Positions 54,857 through 64,000 of a stretch of DNA of 64,000 nucleotides are shown here, piece after piece; positions within the stretch are counted from its first letter, which is position 1; the number at the start of each line of letters is the position of its first letter. Location of the stretch: the NCBI GenBank assembly GCA_965652295.1, contig CBFGTS010000003.1, positions 96,001 through 160,000 of the forward strand. The letters run 5' to 3'. The notes under the pieces are model-generated. The model saw only the letters and a list, made by a program, of their open reading frames with translations, did not search any database and had not been told where the DNA came from. The stretch is from an uncultured Haloferula sp. (lineage in GTDB: Bacteria > Verrucomicrobiota > Verrucomicrobiia > Verrucomicrobiales > Akkermansiaceae). Position numbers and translations under genes: made by a program.

Positions 54857-56203
54857 ATGAAATTCAAGACTCAGAAGATCGCTTACTGGTTCTTCGCTCC
54901 GGCGTTACTGCTGCTTGTCCTTCAGATTGTCTACGGCTTCATCATGGGCTTCGCCCACATGGGCTTCGACGTCCTCCACGACATCATCCCCTTCAACACC
55001 GCCCGCGCGGTGCACACCAACCTGCTCGTGGTCTGGCTGTTGCTCGGTTTCATGGGAGCGGCCCACTTCATCATCCCCGAAGAGGCCGATCGGGAGATTG
55101 CCTGGCCGAAACTCGCCTACGTCCAGCTCATCTCCTTCCTGCTGGTCGGAGTGACTGCCATCGTCTGCTACCATCTCAATATCTGGGAGGGACGCAAGTT
55201 TCTCGAGATCCCGCGTCCGCTCGACTACCTGGTCGTCATCAACGTGCTGCTGTTCCTGGCGAACATTGGTTGGACGGTATGGAACGGGAAGCGCTTCACC
55301 ACGACGGCGATCGTTCTCTACATGGGGCTGTTGGCCGCAGCGCTGCTCTACCTGCCCGGAATGATCACCTTCGACAACCAGACCCTCGACTCCTTCTATC
55401 GCTGGTGGGTCGTTCACCTCTGGGTCGAGGGCGTGTGGGAACTGATCATGGGTGGCATCCTCTGCTTCCTGCTCATCAAACTCACCGGCGTTGATCGCGA
55501 GATCGTCGAGAAATGGCTCTACATCATCGTCGGGCTGACCTTCATCTCAGGCATCCTCGGCACCGGCCACCACTACTACTACATCGGCGTGCCGCGCTAC
55601 TGGCTGATCGTCGGCGGAATCTTCTCCGCACTTGAGCCGCTGGCCTTCCTCGGCATGGCAATGTATGCGCTCTATATGGCGCGTAAGGGCGGCCGCAAGC
55701 ACCCGAACAAAACGGCCCTCACTTGGACACTGGGCTGCTCGATCATGTCTTTCGTCGGTGCCGGTTTCCTCGGCTTCGCCCACACCCTGCCGCAGGTGAA
55801 CCTCTGGACCCACGGCACCCTCGTCACCGCGATGCATGGCCACCTCGCTTTCTGGGGAGCATACGCGATGATCGTCTTCGCTATGATGGCTTACTCCATG
55901 CCGTTGATGACCGGTCGCAAGCTATGGGACACCGCTGCGTCGAACTACGGGTTCTGGATCTCCAACATCGGAATGGTTGCGATGACCGGGGCCTTCGCCG
56001 TGGCCGGCATCAGCCAGGTGGTGCTCGAAAGACGCTCGGGAATCGATTTCCTCGAAGTCCAGAAGGAGGTCGAGCCGCACTTTCTCGGGCTCGTGCTTGC
56101 CGCCAGCTTGTTCACGATTGGAATCTTGCTCTTCGTGCTGAACTTCATCCGCTACGGCCGCCCCACCGATGAGGCGCTTGGAGCCGACCCCGCCGAATCA
56201 TGA
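54857..56203 (+). CDS. norB: Nitric oxide reductase subunit B (cNOR)
   Basis: WWVVHLWVEGVWELI, GTGHHYY, SALEP and HGHLAFWG motifs. Confidence 0.95.
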   Translation: MKFKTQKIAYWFFAPALLLLVLQIVYGFIMGFAHMGFDVLHDIIPFNTARAVHTNLLVVWLLLGFMGAAHFIIPEEADREIAWPKLAYVQLISFLLVGVTAIVCYHLNIWEGRKFLEIPRPLDYLVVINVLLFLANIGWTVWNGKRFTTTAIVLYMGLLAAALLYLPGMITFDNQTLDSFYRWWVVHLWVEGVWELIMGGILCFLLIKLTGVDREIVEKWLYIIVGLTFISGILGTGHHYYYIGVPRYWLIVGGIFSALEPLAFLGMAMYALYMARKGGRKHPNKTALTWTLGCSIMSFVGAGFLGFAHTLPQVNLWTHGTLVTAMHGHLAFWGAYAMIVFAMMAYSMPLMTGRKLWDTAASNYGFWISNIGMVAMTGAFAVAGISQVVLERRSGIDFLEVQKEVEPHFLGLVLAASLFTIGILLFVLNFIRYGRPTDEALGADPAES

Positions 56204-57006
56204 ATGCCACCCTCTCCCGTCCCGCCGTGGAAACGCAGCTCCCCTTTTATCTGCCGACCGGCCGCGAGGTGGAGCTGTGCGAAAAAGCCCACCACTCGCA
56301 GCTCCCGCTGATGCTCAAGGGGCCGACCGGCTGCGGGAAAACCCGTTTCGTCGAGCACATGGCCGCCCGCCTCGGCCGCGAGCTGATCACCGTGTCCTGC
56401 AACGAAGACACCTCCGCCACCGACCTGCTCGGCCGCCACCTGCTGGTCGGCGGCGACACGGTCTGGAACGACGGCCCGGTCACCCGCGCGGTGCGCTCCG
56501 GCGCGCTGCTCTACCTCGATGAAATCGCCGAGGCGCGCGCCGACGCCATCGTGGTGATCCACTCGCTCACCGACCACCGTCGCGAGATCTTCCTCGACCG
56601 CACCGGCGAACGCCTGCGTGCGGACAAGGACTTCATGCTCGTGGTCAGCTACAACCCCGGCTACCAGCGCAGCCTGCGCGAGCTGAAGCCCTCGACCCGC
56701 CAGCGCTTTCTCGCCATCGCCTTCGACTACCCCGTCGAGGACGACGAGGTGCGCATCGTCGCCAGCGAGTCCGGCACCGATGAGGCCACCGCCCGCAAGC
56801 TGGTCCGCATCGGCCGCAAGATCCGCCAGCTCACCGAGCTGTCGTTGATGGAATCCGTCTCGACCCGTCTGCTGATCGCCGCCGGCAAACTCATCGCCGC
56901 CGGCATCCCCCCACGGCTCGCCTGCACCACCGCCATCGCAGGCCCGCTCAGCGACGAGGACGAGGCGCTCGCCGCCATCACCCAGCTCATCGGGATCAGC
57001 ATCTAG
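56200..57006 (+). CDS. norQ: NorQ/CbbQ-family MoxR AAA ATPase
   Basis: GPTGCGKT, LYLDE, SYNPGYQ and LKPSTRQRF motifs. Confidence 0.93.
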   Translation: MNATLSRPAVETQLPFYLPTGREVELCEKAHHSQLPLMLKGPTGCGKTRFVEHMAARLGRELITVSCNEDTSATDLLGRHLLVGGDTVWNDGPVTRAVRSGALLYLDEIAEARADAIVVIHSLTDHRREIFLDRTGERLRADKDFMLVVSYNPGYQRSLRELKPSTRQRFLAIAFDYPVEDDEVRIVASESGTDEATARKLVRIGRKIRQLTELSLMESVSTRLLIAAGKLIAAGIPPRLACTTAIAGPLSDEDEALAAITQLIGISI

Positions 57007-57023
57007 CAACTACTACACACGCC

Positions 57024-58724
57024 GTGTTCGAGTGGGAGGAAAGCACCTTCCTTGGCCTCAAGTCGCTCTACGAGCGCTGGGTGACCAAGCCGCAGCAACG
57101 CGAGCAGGCGGAGCGTGAAGCCCGCCTCGCCGATCACCGCGGCGCGCTGATGCTGCTCGCCCGGATGCTCTCCGCGCGGAATATCGGGCTTTTCGAGACC
57201 GACAACGCCGTGCTCTGCCTCGGCGATCGCGTCTGCCTGCCGCCGAGCTTCCACGCCGCCGCCACCCCGGAAGCCAACCTCCGGCTTTACGAGCTGAAAA
57301 CCATCCTCGCCGCCCTCGCCATCCGCGACCGCTGGCAGGACGACGGCCGCGGGCTCGCCGGACTCGTCGAATCCCTCGCCCCCGAGTTTCCCCGGTTGCC
57401 GGAAAAAGTCCGCTACCTCGAAGAGCACCTGATCGGCGAAGAAGGCCTGTGGGAGCTGCTCGGCACGCCGCGCGCCGACGACACCCGCGACTCCAAATCG
57501 ATCGAGGCCACCACGCCCGAAACCCCGGACGCCTCCGAGGTCACCACCGAGATCGAGGGCCGCGGCCAGACCGACGTGGAGGTGCTGCCCGATCCGGAGG
57601 ACGACGGCCACGGCGCCGACATGCCGATCCACACTTTCGAAAAGGCCGAGTGCCTCGAGGAAACCAGCGGGCTGAGCCGCAAGAAGGACGCCGACGACGA
57701 ACTCGAAGACCACGAGGAGGCCCTGCGCGAGGTCGAGATGCGCGAGGTCATCCGCTCCGCCGAACGCCCGCGCTCGATCTACCGCAGCGACGTCATCCTC
57801 GACGGCCTCGGGCTCGAAGTCGATGACTCGATCCCCACCGTCGGCGTCCCCTATCCCGAGTGGGATTACAAGAAGCGCCGCTACAAGGACGCCTGGTGCC
57901 GGCTCCAGATCCACCACCGCAGCGACTCGCACCCCGAATGGCTGGCGCGGGTCGAAACCAAGCACACCGCCCTGGTGCAGCGCCTGCGCAAGCAGTTCGC
58001 CCATCTCACCTCCGAGTTCCTGCAACTCCGCCGCCAGCCGGTCGGCACCGAGTTCGACCTCGACGCCGTGGTCGATTCCCGCGTGCGACTGCGCAGCGGC
58101 CACACACCCGACGAGCGGATCTACTGCGACCGTAGGAAAGACCTCCACGACGTCGCCGCGATGCTGCTGCTCGACCTCAGCTTTTCCACCGACTCGTGGG
58201 TGCGCGACATCCGCGTGCTCGATGCCATCATGGAAACGGTTTACTGCGTCGGCGAGGTCATCGACGGCTCCATCGAGTCCTTCGCCGTCGCCGGTTTCTC
58301 CTCCAACACCCGCCGCTCCTGCCGCTTCGAGCTGCTCAAGGATTTCCACGAACCGTGGCAAAAGGCGAAGCTCCACTTCGGCACGCTCCAGCCGCAGGGC
58401 TACACCCGCATCGGACCGGCACTGCGCCACGCCCACGAGATGCTGCTCAACCAGCACGCTTCGCGAAAAATCGCCATCCTCGTCACCGACGGCCGCCCCT
58501 GCGACTACGACCGCTACGAGGGCACCTACGGCATCCGCGACGTCCGCAAGGCGATCGAAACCGGCAAGCTCCACGGCCTCCGCACCCACGCCTTCGCCAT
58601 CGAAAAACAGGCCTGCGAGACCTTCCCCCAGATGTTCAGCCGCGACCATTTCGACGTCGTCCCTTCGCCCGACCATCTGCCGCGCCACATGAGCCGTCTC
58701 TTCGCCCGCCTGCTCGCCAGTTGA
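57024..58724 (+). CDS. norD: NorD-family VWA-domain activation protein
   Basis: YPEWDY, DLSFST (MIDAS), YTRIGPALRH and TDGRPCDYDRYEG motifs. Confidence 0.9.
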   Translation: MFEWEESTFLGLKSLYERWVTKPQQREQAEREARLADHRGALMLLARMLSARNIGLFETDNAVLCLGDRVCLPPSFHAAATPEANLRLYELKTILAALAIRDRWQDDGRGLAGLVESLAPEFPRLPEKVRYLEEHLIGEEGLWELLGTPRADDTRDSKSIEATTPETPDASEVTTEIEGRGQTDVEVLPDPEDDGHGADMPIHTFEKAECLEETSGLSRKKDADDELEDHEEALREVEMREVIRSAERPRSIYRSDVILDGLGLEVDDSIPTVGVPYPEWDYKKRRYKDAWCRLQIHHRSDSHPEWLARVETKHTALVQRLRKQFAHLTSEFLQLRRQPVGTEFDLDAVVDSRVRLRSGHTPDERIYCDRRKDLHDVAAMLLLDLSFSTDSWVRDIRVLDAIMETVYCVGEVIDGSIESFAVAGFSSNTRRSCRFELLKDFHEPWQKAKLHFGTLQPQGYTRIGPALRHAHEMLLNQHASRKIAILVTDGRPCDYDRYEGTYGIRDVRKAIETGKLHGLRTHAFAIEKQACETFPQMFSRDHFDVVPSPDHLPRHMSRLFARLLAS

Positions 58725-58726
58725 TC

Positions 58727-59302
58727 ATGGAAACCGACACCACTCACCGCCCACGCCCAAGTCTCCTCGAGCCGCCCGGCGGCTTCTTCATCTGGATGCT
58801 CGTCGTCCTCGAACTCGCCACCTTCGGCGTCGCCCTGATCGCGCTCGTCGTTTCCGCGCGCAACGACCCAGAAACCTACCACCAGTCGCGCCTGCTTCTC
58901 GACCCCCGCTACGGCATCGCCAACACCGTGTTCCTGCTCACCAGCGGCTACTTCATGGCCGAAAGCGTGCGCCATTTCCACCGGGCGGACCGCCCCCGTA
59001 CCCGGCGCTGCCTGTGGCTGGCTATCGCCGGCGGCCTCGCCTTTCTCGGCCTCAAGGGCGTCGAGTACGCCGGCAAGGTCTCCCACGGCCACACCCTCGG
59101 CTCCGATCCCTTCTTCACCTGGTACTGGCTGCTGACCGTCTTCCACCTCATGCACGTGCTCGTCGGTCTCGTCATCCTCGGCTGCCTGCTGAAACGTCTT
59201 TCCACCATCGAAGGCGACGACTTCGAAGCCGGCGGGGTCTTCTGGCATATGTGCGATCTCATCTGGCTGCTGCTCTTTCCCATTCTCTATCTCATCTTCT
59301 GA
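58727..59302 (+). CDS. norE: NorE (cytochrome oxidase subunit III-like)
   Basis: NTVFLLTSG, FHLMHV and FWHMCDLIW motifs; start at METDTT. Confidence 0.88.
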   Translation: METDTTHRPRPSLLEPPGGFFIWMLVVLELATFGVALIALVVSARNDPETYHQSRLLLDPRYGIANTVFLLTSGYFMAESVRHFHRADRPRTRRCLWLAIAGGLAFLGLKGVEYAGKVSHGHTLGSDPFFTWYWLLTVFHLMHVLVGLVILGCLLKRLSTIEGDDFEAGGVFWHMCDLIWLLLFPILYLIF

Positions 59303-59310
59303 GTGCTTCC

Positions 59311-59550
59311 ATGAATCATCTCGCCACCTATCTCGTCCTGCTGGCACTCACCGCCACATCCATCCTGCTCGCCGAGCGATTCCCGCAGCTCGACATGCTT
59401 CCCCTCGCGATCATGGGGCTGGCCACCGCCAAGTTCCTGCTGGTCGCCTTCCGCTTTATGGAGATGCGCCGCGGCCACCTCGCCTGGAAAGTCGGCCTGA
59501 TCGGATTCAGCACGTTGTTCCTGGTCTTTCTCTCCATCGCTTCGCCATGA
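59311..59550 (+). CDS. NorF-like small membrane protein (cytochrome oxidase subunit IV family)
   Basis: AKFLLVAFRFMEMR motif, three TM helices, follows norE. Confidence 0.75.
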   Translation: MNHLATYLVLLALTATSILLAERFPQLDMLPLAIMGLATAKFLLVAFRFMEMRRGHLAWKVGLIGFSTLFLVFLSIASP

Positions 59551-59864
59551 AATCGCGTCCTCTCCTGTTCATCGCTCCCGGCTGCATCATGCTGATCGCC
59601 GGCTTCGGTTTGATGCTGGCTGCCGCCGTCAGCGGACGCCTTTCCAGCGAGGCCGCCCTGCCGCTTCCCTTCGGTTTCACCACCGCCGCCACAGGCGCGA
59701 TGCTCCTCACCCGCACCCCGCTCGCCGTCTTTTTTCTCTTCATTTACGCCGCCGCGGTGCTGGTCATCGCCTGTCGGCAAGTCGGCTTCCTGCACCCGGT
59801 TCCCCTGCTCTATCTCGCGCTGATCGCCTACTGCCTCCCCCTCGCGAAGCACGCGAAGGCATAG
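59547..59864 (+). CDS. Hypothetical small membrane protein
   Basis: Hydrophobic 105-aa ORF with an ATGA overlap with the upstream gene. Confidence 0.65.
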   Translation: MKSRPLLFIAPGCIMLIAGFGLMLAAAVSGRLSSEAALPLPFGFTTAATGAMLLTRTPLAVFFLFIYAAAVLVIACRQVGFLHPVPLLYLALIAYCLPLAKHAKA

Positions 59865-60196
59865 CCGCGATGGATCTCCGGATTACCACGCTTCCTCCCT
59901 GCCGCCCTCAGTCGCGATTCGACACCTTTGTCGTACCCCGCCGGTCACGTGTGATCGTGCCCCCCGCCTAATGGAGCAACACCCGCGGGGGGGCATCCCC
60001 GCGATAACTCCGAAACCGAACAGGAGTATCGTCTCCAGCGCATCGAGCAAATGGGGATGGATGGTGCGCTACCTCCGCCACATCTTCGTCCTTCCATTCC
60101 GGCAGACTCCCGGTGCGGGCGATGGTCAAGCCGACTCCCTGTGGAACATCCGCGCCAAGGCACCCGTCATTCCGCATTCGGCAGCGGTTCCGTCTC

Positions 60197-61567
<1,371 letters not shown>

Positions 61568-61999
61568 TCAAGGAGTCAAAACCCGACGCAGTGACGCGGG
61601 TCGGGCCACAAGATCCGCCAACGAGTAGCCGTCGAGCACTTCGAAAAACGCATCCGCGGCTTCGTGAAACACCACCTTGAGTCGACATGCCGAACGGATA
61701 CGGCATGGACCTTCACGGCGCGCACCACATTCGATCACGCGATCCGATTTCTCGCCGAGGCGCACGATTTCCCCAACGCCGATCGCCTCGGGCACCCGCG
61801 CCAACGTGAAGCCGCCTCCCACCCCTCGACGGGTTTCCAGGAAACCCTGTTTGCTCAGTTCGTGCACGATCTTGACGAGATGATGGCGCGAGATGCCATA
61901 GGCTTCGGTCACCTCCGCCACCGTCACGAGACGATCGGGAAACAATGCAGCGTGCATCAGCACCCGGAGCGCAAAATCGGAGGCGGCGGTCACTTGCAT
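61568..61999 (-). CDS. nsrR: Rrf2-family regulator, NsrR-like
   Basis: DFALRVLM, HLVKIV, RGVGGGFTLA and three Fe-S Cys in IEC...CRIRSACRL. Confidence 0.8.
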   Translation of the reverse strand: MQVTAASDFALRVLMHAALFPDRLVTVAEVTEAYGISRHHLVKIVHELSKQGFLETRRGVGGGFTLARVPEAIGVGEIVRLGEKSDRVIECGARREGPCRIRSACRLKVVFHEAADAFFEVLDGYSLADLVARPASLRRVLTP

Positions 62000-62038
62000 C
62001 GCCGTCACGATCCGCAGTGATCGGGCGAGGTGCAAGCA

Positions 62039-62063
62039 AAAGATGTATTTGCATTACATCTTT
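62039..62063. promoter_or_regulatory. NsrR-type operator between nsrR and ptsI
   Basis: Perfect inverted repeat AAAGATGTA-TTTGCAT-TACATCTTT, close to the enterobacterial NsrR consensus AAGATGYATTTnAAATRCATCTT. Confidence 0.8.
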
Positions 62064-62128
62064 AAATCTGCCATCCTGACCACCACCTGCCGGGACGACG
62101 ATTTCCCCGCCGTCACCTCATCCTCAGC

Positions 62129-63946
62129 ATGTGTTCCAGCGGAAAAATGATCGTGGCCACTCCGGCCTCCACCGGGCTGGCGCGGGGATTCGCCCGACTG
62201 TGCCGATGCGCGCTGACACCCGTCGTTCACCGGCGAAGCATCGACCCGGGCGAGGTGGAGTCCGAGCTCCGACGCTTCGACGATGCCGTCGCAACGGTGG
62301 AAGCGAAACTGGAGCGGCTCCGGGAGGAGGTGAGTCAGACGATCGGAGAGGTCGAGGCCGGGGTTTTCGACGTCCACGTCCTGATGCTGCGCGAGTCGAA
62401 GCTTCGAAGCGCCGTGCATCGCCTGTGCAGGGATGCAGCGATGAACGTCGAGGCGGCCGTCGAGGAGGCGATCCGGGAACTGGAAACACTCTTTCTTCGG
62501 ATGGACGATGACTATCTACGGGAGAGGGCTGTCGATCTCCGGGAAGTGGGACGCAGGTTGTTGAATCATCTCGGCGATGCCAGTTCGCTTTCGCCCCCCT
62601 CGACGTCCGACGACGAAATCCTGGTGACCACCGAACTGCTTTCCTCGGTCGTGGCCCGGCTGGAGTCCGGAGCGGTTCGCGGCTTGATCGTCGAACGCGG
62701 CGGCGTCACGGCCCACGCCTCCATCCTGGCGCGGGCGAGGGGGATTCCAATGCTTGTGCAAGCGGAGCATGCCACGCGGGAGATTTCCGATGGGGATCGC
62801 TTGATCCTCGATGCGCTTGGCGGGCGGATCTTCATCACCCCGGGCATCGCCGTCGAGCAACGCTATGATCGTTTGGCGGCCGATCTCCGGAACCACCAGA
62901 TCCTGCTTCAGGACCAGCTCGACCAACCGCCCATCACCCTGGACGGTGTCGGGATCCAACTCGCCGCCAACATCGGCCAAACCGCGGATGCGGTCGCAGC
63001 CGGTCGCATCAAGGCCGCGGGCGCCGGACTCTACCGCACCGAGTTCGTGTTCATGGCAGAGAACCACTTCCCTTCAGAGGCGGAGCAATACCACTTCTAC
63101 AAATCCACCGCGGAGTGTCTCGCACCCGAACGTACCGCGATCCGGTTGCTCGATGTCGGCAGCGACAAGCCACTACCCTACTTCTCGCCGCCCCGGGAAG
63201 AGAATCCCGCCCTGGGAAACCGCGGCGTGCGGCTGCTACTCGAGCACCCGGAAATCCTCCGTCCCCAGCTCCGCGCAATCCTGCGGCTGGCCGCCACACT
63301 TCCGGTCTCGATCCTCGTGCCGATGGTCGGGGGCATGGACGACTGGCGGGCCATTCGCGAGGCGATTGACGACTGCGCAGCGGATCTCGCCGCGGAAGGC
63401 GAAGTCCACAACTCCACCGTCCCCGTCGGCGTCATGATCGAGACCCCGGGCGCCGTGTTGCTCGCCGCCGAGCTGGCTGCAGCCGCCGATTTCGTCAGTG
63501 TCGGAACCAACGACCTGGTGCAATACCTGCTGGCGGCTGACCGGGGCGACAGCGAGAAATCGTCCGCCTACGACCCCCTCCACCCCGCCGTGCTGCGGGC
63601 CTTGGCCTCCGTGGTGAGCGCCGTCAACGCGGCCGGCAAACCGCTCTCGCTGTGCGGGGAAATTGCCGGCGATCCCTCCTTCACCGTGCTGCTGCTGGGG
63701 CTGGGGTTCCGCCGCCTGAGCGTGGTTCCCAGCCAGCTCCTCGAAATCAAACATGCGATCCGATCGATCCATCTCGACGAGGCCGCCGACCTCGCCGCGA
63801 GCGTGCTCGCCATGGACTCGACTGCCGAAATCCATGCCACCATCGGGTCCGAATGGCAACGTCGCCGGCCGGTGACGCCGCCCGAACTGACTAGCGCCGC
63901 CGCCGTGGAACCGACGACCGGACTCGGACCCACCCGCCGACCATGA
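62129..63946 (+). CDS. ptsI: Phosphoenolpyruvate-protein phosphotransferase (PTS enzyme I, no GAF domain)
   Basis: GGVTAHASILAR (phospho-His), GLYRTEF, EENPALGNRG, SVGTNDLVQY and LCGE motifs; start may be 62147. Confidence 0.9.
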   Translation: MCSSGKMIVATPASTGLARGFARLCRCALTPVVHRRSIDPGEVESELRRFDDAVATVEAKLERLREEVSQTIGEVEAGVFDVHVLMLRESKLRSAVHRLCRDAAMNVEAAVEEAIRELETLFLRMDDDYLRERAVDLREVGRRLLNHLGDASSLSPPSTSDDEILVTTELLSSVVARLESGAVRGLIVERGGVTAHASILARARGIPMLVQAEHATREISDGDRLILDALGGRIFITPGIAVEQRYDRLAADLRNHQILLQDQLDQPPITLDGVGIQLAANIGQTADAVAAGRIKAAGAGLYRTEFVFMAENHFPSEAEQYHFYKSTAECLAPERTAIRLLDVGSDKPLPYFSPPREENPALGNRGVRLLLEHPEILRPQLRAILRLAATLPVSILVPMVGGMDDWRAIREAIDDCAADLAAEGEVHNSTVPVGVMIETPGAVLLAAELAAAADFVSVGTNDLVQYLLAADRGDSEKSSAYDPLHPAVLRALASVVSAVNAAGKPLSLCGEIAGDPSFTVLLLGLGFRRLSVVPSQLLEIKHAIRSIHLDEAADLAASVLAMDSTAEIHATIGSEWQRRRPVTPPELTSAAAVEPTTGLGPTRRP

Positions 63947-64000
63947 CCATCCGACTGAAACGCGCATACGATGATGCCGCCTCGTCCGACGGCCGACGCA
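63943..64000 (+). CDS. DUF488 (YeaO)-family protein, 5' part only
   Basis: MTIRLKRAYDDAASSDGRR; ATGA overlap with the ptsI stop; runs off the window. Confidence 0.75.
   Translation, partial: MTIRLKRAYDDAASSDGRR

Noticed and set aside
59865..60196. Short ORFs between the nor operon and gdhA
   Set aside because: No recognisable motif; possibly a decayed membrane-protein fragment, but unassignable.

Overview
GC-rich bacterial DNA, probably Verrucomicrobiota (inferred from PEP-CTERM proteins, autotransporter-type beta-strand repeats and a DPDxDGxxN C-terminal tail; Luteolibacter/Haloferula-like). There are three blocks. (1) 1-32.8 kb: a hemicellulose-degradation cluster with xyloglucan-like enzyme content (GH12, 2x GH5, GH31, 2x GH2, GH29, GH3, GH27, GH43, GH62 and three esterase genes), two surface proteins and a NarL-type two-component system. 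A semi-palindromic 18-bp box recurs about 10 times in its intergenic regions. (2) 32.9-40.8 kb: the left end of an integrative element, with the 3' half of tRNA-Leu(TAA) as att site and a tyrosine integrase, followed by decayed defence/phage cargo: an in-frame CARF/sigma54-activator::HsdS chimera, a truncated nuclease and a frameshifted terminase. (3) 41-64 kb: a nitrite/NO respiration and nitrosative-stress module: nirK-cytochrome c, NirV-like, SCO, two Ahb-like radical SAM enzymes, nnrS, CopD-like, ric, class II RNR nrdJ, an NMO/FabX-like flavoprotein, di-heme norC-norBQDEF, gdhA, NsrR-type Rrf2, PTS enzyme I and DUF488. An exact 26-bp repeat precedes both nrdJ/ric and norC, and there is an NsrR-like box. 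All family calls come from visual motif recognition; no database searches were run.
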